44,651 bases of DNA from Gammaproteobacteria bacterium (lineage in GTDB: Bacteria; Pseudomonadota; Gammaproteobacteria; JAKDMP01): assembly GCA_030452225.1 (NCBI GenBank), contig JAKDMP010000002.1, positions 1-44,651 on the forward strand. The letters are read 5' to 3'. Of the stretch, positions 16,692 to 24,028 are shown piece after piece. The position numbers and the translations under genes are program-made. The stretch's first letter is position 1, and every line of letters begins with the position of its first letter. The notes below the pieces were generated by a model, which had not been told where the DNA came from, searched no databases, and saw nothing but the letters and a program-made list of their open reading frames with translations.

Positions 16692-17549
16692 TTATTGCTC
16701 GAGTACCTTGAATCCATGGCTTTCGAAAATTTTCGCGGCTTCGTCGGAAGTCATGAACCGGAAAAAATCGCGGGCCGCCTCGTCATCCTTTCCGGCATGT
16801 TTGATCAGTGCGACCGGGTAGATGACGGGCTTGTGCGTGGCGGCCGGGAAGATGCCGACGATCTTTACCTTGTCGGCGGCAAACGCATCGGTTTTGTAAA
16901 CGATGCCGAGCGGGCATTCGCCCAGCGCAACCAGCGCGAGGGCCGCCCTGACGTTCGCGGCGCGTGCCACCTGGTCCCTGACCGATTTCCAGACGTGGAG
17001 CGACTTCAGGGCCTCCTTGCCGTAGATGCCGGCCGGCACGTGCATGGGATTGCCCATTGCCAGCCTGCCGTCGCTCAGCAATTTCTCCAGCGGGAAGCCG
17101 TCATGTATGTCCACCTTCTCGATTTTGCCATCCGCCGGCGCGACCAGTGCCAACTGATTGGCGAGCAGGTTGATGCGCGTCCCGCCGATGATTTTGCCGC
17201 GCTTCTGCACGTAATCCATCCATTGAAGGTCGGCGGAGATGTACACTTCCGCCGGTGCACCGAGGGCGATTTGCCGTGCAAGGGTCGAGCTGGAAGCAAA
17301 GGAGAATTTGACCTCGTTGATGGAATGTTCTTCGTATGCTCGCCCGATGTCGGCCAGGGCATCGGTGAGGCTGGAAGCGGCAAATACCAGCACCTCTTGC
17401 GGTTCGTGAGGGTTCCCGGTTTTCGCCGGGGCGGCGGCGGACGTCGCGGCGAAAACGAAGAGCAGGACAAACCCCAGGGCGCAGGCCCCGACGAGGTGAA
17501 CGGGAAAGCTGTTGGCTTTGCGTGTTGCAGGATTGGCCATGGGTTTCAC
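16692..17549 (-). CDS. modA: molybdate ABC transporter periplasmic binding protein ModA
   Basis: A signal peptide is followed by VFAASSLTDAL...FSFASSSTLARQI..GAPAEVYISAD, the ModA anion-binding motifs. Confidence 0.93.
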   Translation of the reverse strand: MKPMANPATRKANSFPVHLVGACALGFVLLFVFAATSAAAPAKTGNPHEPQEVLVFAASSLTDALADIGRAYEEHSINEVKFSFASSSTLARQIALGAPAEVYISADLQWMDYVQKRGKIIGGTRINLLANQLALVAPADGKIEKVDIHDGFPLEKLLSDGRLAMGNPMHVPAGIYGKEALKSLHVWKSVRDQVARAANVRAALALVALGECPLGIVYKTDAFAADKVKIVGIFPAATHKPVIYPVALIKHAGKDDEAARDFFRFMTSDEAAKIFESHGFKVLEQ

Positions 17550-17552
17550 TCC

Positions 17553-18719
17553 CTAGAAATCGAGTTGTGCACGAAACTGCAGGATGTAGGGCTTGTCGAC
17601 GTAGGCGCCGGTATCGGCCCGGACCTTGATCAGGTTCATCATGAAGCGAACGTGCGGGTTGACGTAGTAGTTGACCCCGAAGGTAATGTCGCCCAGGTCG
17701 CCGCCGTGGATCGGGCCGTCGTTCAAATCGAGATGGCTGAAGCGCAACGCCAGTTGCCAGGCGCCGGCATTGCCCAGGGGCGTGACCCGGCCGAAGTTGC
17801 CGTGCTGGTAGGGCCGGGACTCACCGGTCAGAAAGTAGCTCGCCTGCAGGTAATACCCGCCCAGGGTGGCGTCGGCGAAACCGCTGCTGCGTTGCACCCG
17901 CGTGGCGATATATTCGCCCTGCAGCGAGAACGGGCCCGTGACCCAGGCCGCCTCGAGGCCCAACTCCAGGAGATGATCGACGTGCTCGATGGTGGTGCCG
18001 ATCAGCTTGGGGGCAAGGTGGGATTCTGGTCGCGCGGCGAATGTCACGCTGTGGGTGTCGTTGACGCTTTCCCGGGCGACGGAGACGCCCAGGTGCAACA
18101 GCCGCTCTGCGCCGTCGATGGGCGCAAACGTGAAGCGTCCGCTGAGGTTGACCGGCCCGTCGTTGGTCGTGCCCGCGCCGATTTCGTTGCCGTACACGCT
18201 GCCGCCGAAAGTCATGTTGCGCCCGGTCCAGAGGTAGCCCACCCCCAGACGGTAGCTGGGGGCAAAGACCATCGGGCTGGCCACTTCCATGAAGGTGATG
18301 TATTTGGTGCTCGTCCGTTCGGCAAGGCCGAAGAACTGCTTGAACTGGCCGATGAAAATGGTTGCGTTGTCCAGGCCATTGTAGGAGATGAACAGGTTTT
18401 TGGCTTCGGCATCGCCGCCGGCAAAATCGACCTGCAACAAGTAACCCCAGTTTTCGTACAGGCGGCCTTCCACTCCCAACCGTGCGCGGCGCACCTCGAT
18501 GCCGTCCTCCATGGGCGTGATGTCCTGGTCGAACAGGGCCGCGTCGATCATGATGCGGCCGTGCAGCTCGAAGCTGAATCCCTGCGACCCCGCCTCCAGG
18601 CCGCCCCGCGTCGTGACCTCGGCGAAGGCGCTGCCTGCAAAAACAAGGGCAAGGCAAAAAGCCGCGAAAGCCTGATACAGGAACCCTCCAAGGAAGAAAT
18701 GCCGTGTGCGATGGGTCAT
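17553..18719 (-). CDS. OprO/OprP-family anion-specific outer-membrane porin
   Basis: The signal peptide ends ..AFA-EV. The protein has the beta-barrel alternation, a terminal Phe (AQLDF) and blocks such as GRIMIDAALFD, VRRARLGVEG, WGYLLQVDFA and GQFKQFFGLE typical of Porin_O_P. The stop is 3 nt from the modA start. Confidence 0.85.
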   Translation of the reverse strand: MTHRTRHFFLGGFLYQAFAAFCLALVFAGSAFAEVTTRGGLEAGSQGFSFELHGRIMIDAALFDQDITPMEDGIEVRRARLGVEGRLYENWGYLLQVDFAGGDAEAKNLFISYNGLDNATIFIGQFKQFFGLAERTSTKYITFMEVASPMVFAPSYRLGVGYLWTGRNMTFGGSVYGNEIGAGTTNDGPVNLSGRFTFAPIDGAERLLHLGVSVARESVNDTHSVTFAARPESHLAPKLIGTTIEHVDHLLELGLEAAWVTGPFSLQGEYIATRVQRSSGFADATLGGYYLQASYFLTGESRPYQHGNFGRVTPLGNAGAWQLALRFSHLDLNDGPIHGGDLGDITFGVNYYVNPHVRFMMNLIKVRADTGAYVDKPYILQFRAQLDF

Positions 18720-19078
18720 GACTCATCCTTCGCGCTGGAGCGTCTCCTCTTCAACAGCCGGCGCGCACTGTCGCGGGTGTCGACATCGAACAGCAGCTCC
18801 AGGGACTTGCCGTTCGGCACCGGCAACTCCAGGTTCAACCCTTCCTTGCCGGGCAGGCGTTTGACCAGTTCGCGAACGGGCCGTTCGGCGAGGAGCACGC
18901 GCCATCCGTCGTCCAGGCGTTCCCAACCGTGGTCCTTTGCCAAAGCCACTTGCTGGCAAGTAACGCTGCCATCGGGCCAGCGTGTCTCGTTGCGAAGCGT
19001 CTCGCCGCCCAGCAGCCGCTCCAGTTCGGCCTCCTTGATGCGCAGGCGCAGGGCCTGGCCTTCGAGTTGCACTCTCAT
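18716..19078 (-). CDS. hypothetical protein (120 aa) embedded between mobA and the porin gene
   Basis: It has 4-nt overlaps at both ends (with the mobA stop and the porin start). It is a soluble protein with a basic C-terminal tail (RRLLKRRRSSAKDES) and no motif I can name. Confidence 0.6.
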   Translation of the reverse strand: MRVQLEGQALRLRIKEAELERLLGGETLRNETRWPDGSVTCQQVALAKDHGWERLDDGWRVLLAERPVRELVKRLPGKEGLNLELPVPNGKSLELLFDVDTRDSARRLLKRRRSSAKDES

Positions 19079-19647
19079 TCCACTACCTCGTTCCAGGTCT
19101 CGGGCGTATTGCAGTCGGTGAGTTGCGTCGCTTCGCCGCGGTGCAGGGGAATCTCCTTCGCATCGAGCGCCTGTTGCAGGGCGCGCAACGAGCGTTGCCG
19201 CGGTTTGTCGGATCGCAGCAGGCGGTCGAGCACTTCGCGGCAGCGCGCGTCCAGCCGCAGGCGCAGGGGCAATACCTCGCCGGCAAAACGCAGGCAGGCG
19301 GCCCGCGGCTCTTCCACGCGCAGGCGATGGAGCAGCGCCGGCTGCAGACGTGGCATGTCAACCGGCACCACCAGCAGTTCGGTTTCATCCCGCAGCGCGG
19401 CGGCGACGCCGGCCAGACCTGCGAGAGGACCGGCCTGCGTTCGCAAGTCGTCGATGCCGCCGTAGCCGGGGCGGTACCCGCTGATCTGGACGTCGGCGAC
19501 GCCCGCATCCCGCAGCAGGGCGATCTGGTGTTCGATCAACGGTCTTCCGCGCCAGGCGAGCAGGGCCTTGTCGCGGCCCATGCGCCGGGATTGCCCACCG
19601 GCCAGCACCACCCCGATGCAGGGCAGGGCGCCGGGAGCCCTATCCAT
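19075..19647 (-). CDS. mobA: molybdenum cofactor guanylyltransferase MobA
   Basis: VVLAGGQSRRMGRDKALL...VVPVDMP are the MobA nucleotide-binding motifs. ATG 19647 overlaps the moaE 3' end by 8 nt. The ORF-track N-terminal extension was trimmed. Confidence 0.9.
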   Translation of the reverse strand: MDRAPGALPCIGVVLAGGQSRRMGRDKALLAWRGRPLIEHQIALLRDAGVADVQISGYRPGYGGIDDLRTQAGPLAGLAGVAAALRDETELLVVPVDMPRLQPALLHRLRVEEPRAACLRFAGEVLPLRLRLDARCREVLDRLLRSDKPRQRSLRALQQALDAKEIPLHRGEATQLTDCNTPETWNEVVE

Positions 19648-20140
19648 GATCGGTCCCGTGGAAGCCCGCGGCGGCGCGTTCGGCCTCGCGGTGTTCGTCG
19701 CAAAGCGAGCAGCCTTCGCTCCAGGCGCTGTCGCCATCGGCGTAGTGTTCCTGTTTCCAGATGGGGGCCTCGTGCTTGAGGGCCTCGATGGTCAAGCGGC
19801 AGGCGCGGAAGGCCTCGTCGCGGTGCGGGGTACCGGCGGCCACCACCACCGCGGGATCGCCGAGGCCGAGGTCGCCTTGCGCATGGGCAATCCAGAGTTT
19901 CAGCGGCGCGCCGACCTCGGCGAGCGTGCGTGCGCCGATTTCGCGGAAGGTCTTGAGGACCAGCGGCTCGAAAAGATCGTAGGTGATGCCGGTGACTTCG
20001 CGGTCCCGGTTGAATTCGCGTACGCGGCCGACGAAGTTGGCGATGCCTCCGAAGCGCGGGTCGGCCACGAACTCGAGCGCCGCCGCCACGTTCAGTTTGG
20101 CCTCGCTGCGGTCGACGATCTCGACGTGCAAGTTCTCCAT
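19640..20140 (-). CDS. moaE: molybdopterin synthase catalytic subunit MoaE
   Basis: GGIANFVGRVREFNRDREV..ITYD....HRDEAFRACRLTIEALKHEAPIWKQE is the MoaE signature. The start is 2 nt after the moaD stop. Confidence 0.9.
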   Translation of the reverse strand: MENLHVEIVDRSEAKLNVAAALEFVADPRFGGIANFVGRVREFNRDREVTGITYDLFEPLVLKTFREIGARTLAEVGAPLKLWIAHAQGDLGLGDPAVVVAAGTPHRDEAFRACRLTIEALKHEAPIWKQEHYADGDSAWSEGCSLCDEHREAERAAAGFHGTDHG

Positions 20141-20142
20141 CG

Positions 20143-20403
20143 TCAGCCCCCGCCCACCGGCGGCAGCACCGCCAGCTCGCCGTCTTCGGGCACGGGCTCG
20201 TGATCGTGCAGGATCGTCTCGCGGGTGCCGAAGGCCGAGCGCCGCAGCAGGTCCTCGCCGACGCCCGGCGCATGCTCGCGCACATGCGCGACGAGGCGTT
20301 CGCGCAGCTCGCCGATGCTGCAACCGGCCGGCACGTCCAACTCGATGCGGCCCGCGGGATCGGCCTCGCGCAACGCACCGTGAAGCAAAATCCGCGCCTT
20401 CAC
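20143..20403 (-). CDS. moaD: molybdopterin synthase sulfur-carrier subunit MoaD
   Basis: The 86-aa ThiS/MoaD fold protein ends in the obligatory Gly-Gly (...LPPVGGG*). The GTG start overlaps the moeA stop (GTGA). Confidence 0.9.
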   Translation of the reverse strand: MKARILLHGALREADPAGRIELDVPAGCSIGELRERLVAHVREHAPGVGEDLLRRSAFGTRETILHDHEPVPEDGELAVLPPVGGG

Positions 20404-21653
20404 GCCGGGCTCCCGCCAATCGCCGGGCTCTCGAGGTGGCCGAGGCCGTACACCTCCACGCAGCTACCCGCGGACAATTGCCCGGCCCCGATCGGCACCA
20501 CCACCCAGGCGTTGGCATTCGCGAGCGGGCGGATGCGGTAGGACTCCTGGCCCGGCAGCACCGTGACCGACAGGCGCCCGGCGCCGTCCACGTCCAGCCG
20601 CGATTTCAGGTGATAGCGCAGCGGCCGTTTGGCGCTCCAGCTCTCGGCCAACGGTATCCGCCAGGGCTCCTCGGGCGGCAGGCCCATCATGACCCGCAGG
20701 GCGGGCTCGACGAAAAAGCGCAGGCTCACGGCGGTCGCGATGGGGTTGCCCGGCAGCCCGAAGAAAAGCGTGCCGTCGGCGAGGCGGGCGACCAGCAACG
20801 GTTTCCCCGGCCGGATGGCCAGCTTGTGGAACAGCACCTCGGCCCCGAGTCGTTCCAGCGCCTGCGGCACGAAATCGTAGCGGCCCATGGAAACCGCCCC
20901 CGTGGACACCACCACGCGGGCACCGGCGCCGCGGGCGCGCTCGAAGGCGTCGAGGAAGAGCCGGCCCTCGTCGCCCAGGGTTTCGGCATGTACCAGCTCG
21001 GCCCCGGCGCGGGGCAGGCGTTCGGCCAGGAACGGCCCGTTGCTGTTGCGAATCTGGCCCGATTGGAGCGTTTGCGCGGGATCGTCGACCAGCTCGCGGC
21101 CGGTACACAGCACCGCCGCCTTCGGGCGCGGCGCCACGCGAACGCGGGGCACGCCCAGCGCCGTGAGGAGCATCAGGTGTTGCGGCGCCAGGACCGTTCC
21201 CGGCTCGATTACCTGCTCGCCCGCGGGCACGTCGGAACCGGCTTCGCGGATGTTCTCCCCGCGCGGCACGTCGGCGAGGATGCGGACGCGCGGCGGGCCG
21301 TCCAGCCGTTCGGCCTGTTCCACCGGGATCACCCGATCCAGGCCTTCGGGAAGGCGGGCGCCGGTCATGATTTCCCAGGCGCCGTTCGATGCCGTGCGTC
21401 GCTCGTCGCCGGCGGCCTGTTCGCCCTCGATCGGGTATTCGCTTCCGGCGGGCAAGGGATCGTTCCCGCCGGCCAGCGCAAAGCCGTCCATGGCCGAGTT
21501 GTGGAACGGCGGCAGGGTCGCCGGGCTGGTGACGGGAGTGGTGAGGACGCGGCCCATGGCCGCGCTCGATGGGACCTTCTCGTCGGGCAGCGCCGTGCAG
21601 GCATCGAGGATGCGCGCCAGCGCCTCGGCGGGGTCGAGCAACTGCCGGCTCAC
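20400..21653 (-). CDS. moeA: molybdopterin molybdotransferase MoeA
   Basis: PPFHNSAMDGFAL...VSTGAVSMGRYDF...GLPGNPIATAVS are MoeA/gephyrin-E motifs. The GTG at 21653 overlaps the upstream stop (GTGA). The 781-aa ORF-track frame was trimmed. Confidence 0.93.
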   Translation of the reverse strand: MSRQLLDPAEALARILDACTALPDEKVPSSAAMGRVLTTPVTSPATLPPFHNSAMDGFALAGGNDPLPAGSEYPIEGEQAAGDERRTASNGAWEIMTGARLPEGLDRVIPVEQAERLDGPPRVRILADVPRGENIREAGSDVPAGEQVIEPGTVLAPQHLMLLTALGVPRVRVAPRPKAAVLCTGRELVDDPAQTLQSGQIRNSNGPFLAERLPRAGAELVHAETLGDEGRLFLDAFERARGAGARVVVSTGAVSMGRYDFVPQALERLGAEVLFHKLAIRPGKPLLVARLADGTLFFGLPGNPIATAVSLRFFVEPALRVMMGLPPEEPWRIPLAESWSAKRPLRYHLKSRLDVDGAGRLSVTVLPGQESYRIRPLANANAWVVVPIGAGQLSAGSCVEVYGLGHLESPAIGGSPA

Positions 21654-22648
21654 CGATGTTTCCCACCGGCGACCATGGTCAGGGTGTGCGCGAGGATGGG
21701 CGCGAGAATATCCATGCCCTGTGCCACGGCCTTCGGGCTCCCTGGCAGGGAGATCACCAGCGTGCCGCCGACGAGTACCGCCTCGGCGCGGCTCAACCAG
21801 GCGAGCGGCGTGTGCTGGCTCGATTCGCTGCGGAACATCTCGCCGATGCCCCCGAGCTTCCGGTCCGCCACCGCCGCCAGTGCTTCGGGGGCGCGGTCGC
21901 GCGGGCCCGGGCCGGTGCCGCCGGTGCAGAGCACGAGTTGCATGCCATCGGCGGCCAGCTCGCGCAGCCGTTCGGCCAGCGGCCCGGGATCGTCCGGGCG
22001 CACTTCCGCCGGGCCGACCTTCGCCCCCAATGCCTGCAAGCGCTCCACGATCAGGGGCCCGGCCCGGTCTTCGTACTCGCCGCGGCTGACGCGGTCGCTC
22101 AGGGTGAATACGGCGGCGGGCACATCGTCGAGCCGGGCCGCCGCGCGCGGTCGGTAGCGTTCGCGTTCGGCTTCGCTCATCCCGCCGGGATGCAGCCACA
22201 GCCCCTTTTTCCCGCCTTCCTTGAAGAGCAGGCGCACACCCTCGATCGACAGAGCCGGCTCGACCGGCTTGGTGAGGTCGTAGAGGGTGAGGAGCGCCGC
22301 GTTGACGCCGGCGAGGGCTTCCATTTCCACGCCCGTGCGTGAGCGGGTGGCCACCTCGCAGTACACGCGGATCGTCCGGCGCTCCGGCACGGGCTCGCAG
22401 TGAACGTCGATGTGATCGATCGGCAGTGGATGGCACATCGGCATCAGTTGCGGGGCGTTCTTCGCGCCCTGCAGGCCGGTCACTTCGGCCATCATCATGG
22501 CGTCGCCCTTGGGCAGGCGCCGTTCGACGATGGCCTCGAAGGCGCTTCCGGCTAGCAGTTCTCCCGTCGCGACCGCCCGCCGGGCGGTGACGCGCTTGCG
22601 CCCGACGTCGGCCATGCGGAAGTGTTTGTGCTCGCCGGCTTTGTCCAC
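21650..22648 (-). CDS. moaC: bifunctional MoaC (cyclic pyranopterin monophosphate synthase) / MoaB-Mog-type MoCF domain fusion
   Basis: The N-terminal half has KGDAMMMAEVTGLQGAKNAPQLMPMCHPLPI...TGVEMEALAGVNAALLTLYD (MoaC). The C-terminal half has LSDRVSRGEYEDRAGP...LVLCTGGTGPGPRD...LPGSPKA (MoaB/MogA). Confidence 0.9.
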   Translation of the reverse strand: MDKAGEHKHFRMADVGRKRVTARRAVATGELLAGSAFEAIVERRLPKGDAMMMAEVTGLQGAKNAPQLMPMCHPLPIDHIDVHCEPVPERRTIRVYCEVATRSRTGVEMEALAGVNAALLTLYDLTKPVEPALSIEGVRLLFKEGGKKGLWLHPGGMSEAERERYRPRAAARLDDVPAAVFTLSDRVSRGEYEDRAGPLIVERLQALGAKVGPAEVRPDDPGPLAERLRELAADGMQLVLCTGGTGPGPRDRAPEALAAVADRKLGGIGEMFRSESSQHTPLAWLSRAEAVLVGGTLVISLPGSPKAVAQGMDILAPILAHTLTMVAGGKHR

Positions 22649-22651
22649 GGC

Positions 22652-23665
22652 TCAGCCCCCGATGTACGACATTTCGATTTTCCTGCGCCCGGCGGCCGCC
22701 GCTTCGCTGCGTAGTTCCGAGTAACGGTCGCGGCGCCCGTGCCACACGGCCGCGAGCCGCTCGGCGATGGTCTCGTCGGCGGCGCCTTCACGCAGCATGC
22801 CGCGGAGGTCGACGCCGCGGCTCGCGAAAAGGCAGGTGTAGAGGCTCCCCTCGGCGGACAGTCGCGCGCGCGTGCAATCGCCGCAGAAAGGCTTCGTGAT
22901 CGAGGCGATCATGCCGATTTCGCCGGCGCCGTCGCGGTAGCGCCAGCGCCGCGCCACCTCGCCGGGATAGTTGGGCGGGGCACGCTCGATGGGCCAGCGC
23001 GCGTCGATGCGTTCGAGGATCTCGTCGGCGGAAACCACTTCGTCCCGTTGCCAACCGTTGGCATTGCCCACGTCCATGTACTCAATGAAACGCAGGATGC
23101 GCCCGCTGCCGCGGAAATGATCCGCCATGGCCTCGATGGCCCGGTCGTTGGCACCGCGCCGCACCACCATGTTGACCTTGATCGGCCCGAGGCCCGCGGC
23201 GGCGGCGTGTTCGATCCCCGCCAGCACCTGTTCCACGGGAAAGCCTGCGCCGTTGATGGCCTGGAAGGTCGTATCGTCCAGCGCGTCGAGGCTGACCGTG
23301 ATGCGTCCGAGGCCGGCGTCATGCAGTCGTTCGGCCTTTTCGCGGGTGAGCAGCGAGCCGTTGGTCGTGAGGCCGATGTCACCGATGCCGGGGAGGGGCG
23401 CCAGTTTCGCGACCAGGCGTTCGAGGTCGCGGCGCACCAGCGGCTCGCCGCCCGTCAGCCGGATCTTGTGCACGCCCAGATCGGCGAAAAGGCGGGCGAG
23501 GCGCGCGATTTCATCGAAGTCCAGCAGGCTCGCACGCGGCAGGAAGGCGTGGTCGGCGCCGAACTGTTCGCGGGGCATGCAATAGCTGCAGCGGAAGTTG
23601 CATCGGTCGGTCACCGAAATCCGCAGGTCGCGAAGCGGCCGGCCGAGGGTGTCCAGCGTGCTCAT
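22652..23665 (-). CDS. moaA: GTP 3',8-cyclase MoaA (radical SAM)
   Basis: LRISVTDRCNFRCSYCMP is the radical-SAM cluster and the C-terminal FCGDCTRARLSAEG the second cluster. ATG 23665 puts the N-terminus at the usual distance from the CxxxCxxC motif. Confidence 0.95.
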   Translation of the reverse strand: MSTLDTLGRPLRDLRISVTDRCNFRCSYCMPREQFGADHAFLPRASLLDFDEIARLARLFADLGVHKIRLTGGEPLVRRDLERLVAKLAPLPGIGDIGLTTNGSLLTREKAERLHDAGLGRITVSLDALDDTTFQAINGAGFPVEQVLAGIEHAAAAGLGPIKVNMVVRRGANDRAIEAMADHFRGSGRILRFIEYMDVGNANGWQRDEVVSADEILERIDARWPIERAPPNYPGEVARRWRYRDGAGEIGMIASITKPFCGDCTRARLSAEGSLYTCLFASRGVDLRGMLREGAADETIAERLAAVWHGRRDRYSELRSEAAAAGRRKIEMSYIGG

Positions 23666-23778
23666 GGACACGCCGCGCCGGTGGTTGATGGATAAAGGCT
23701 GTTGGCAGCGCGCCAAAACGCCGTCGAAGATCGCAGGCAAGAATACCGGCAGCCGGGAAGGCCGGCCAGTCGGGGCAT
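23662..23778 (-). CDS. 38-codon upstream ORF (MPRLAGLPGCRYSCLRSSTAFWRAANSLYPSTTGAACP*) between the riboswitch SD and moaA; may be translated only for coupling
   Basis: The ATG at 23778 lies 7 nt after the riboswitch GGAAAGGAG. Its TGA overlaps the moaA ATG (ATGA). It is out of frame with moaA, and moaA has no SD of its own. Confidence 0.25.
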   Translation of the reverse strand: MPRLAGLPGCRYSCLRSSTAFWRAANSLYPSTTGAACP

Positions 23779-23783
23779 GTTCG

Positions 23784-23896
23784 TTCTCCTTTCCAAAGCC
23801 GGGAGGCGAACGCGTTTCCCCGTTCACCCTGGTGACTCAATGGCCACGGACACACAGCCATACCCTGGGGCGTAGGCACGGTGCCTCGGAGTTGTC
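23784..23896 (-). ncRNA. Moco (molybdenum cofactor) riboswitch in the moaA leader
   Basis: The minus-strand RNA reads ..CUCCGAGGCACCGUGCC...CACCAGGGUGAACGGGGAAACGCGUUCGCCUCCCGGCUUUGGAAAGGAG. The CACCAGGG-GAA-hairpin-UUCGCCUCCCG...UGGAAAGG arrangement parallels the E. coli moaA Moco motif as I remember it. The 5' CUCC can pair with the GGAG of the SD. Confidence 0.7.
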
Positions 23897-23931
23897 AGGG
23901 CAATCATAACAGCCTCGCTGCCATGCAGGAC

Positions 23932-23945
23932 TTGACCAGGCTCAA
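23932..23945 (-). promoter_or_regulatory. FNR/Anr-type box (minus strand TTGAGCCTGGTCAA) with class-II spacing to a TATGAT -10 (23908..23903); moaA promoter
   Basis: The TTGA-N6-TCAA core is intact. 23 nt separate it from the -10 hexamer. The predicted TSS is about 23896, just 5' of the riboswitch. Confidence 0.5.
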
Positions 23946-24028
23946 AGCCGGGTTGCTCTCGAAGGGACATGGGTGCAGGCGGATCAACCCGCCGGGAGCG
24001 TGCTGATACCGTCGGCCCGTCTTCGAGG

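Noticed and set aside
19640-19760. C-terminal tail of MoaE containing GCSLCDEH (a possible CxxC metal or redox motif).
   Set aside because: E. coli MoaE also has a non-conserved tail after the WK(R/Q)E block, and the tail here overlaps the mobA start. There is no basis for a functional claim.
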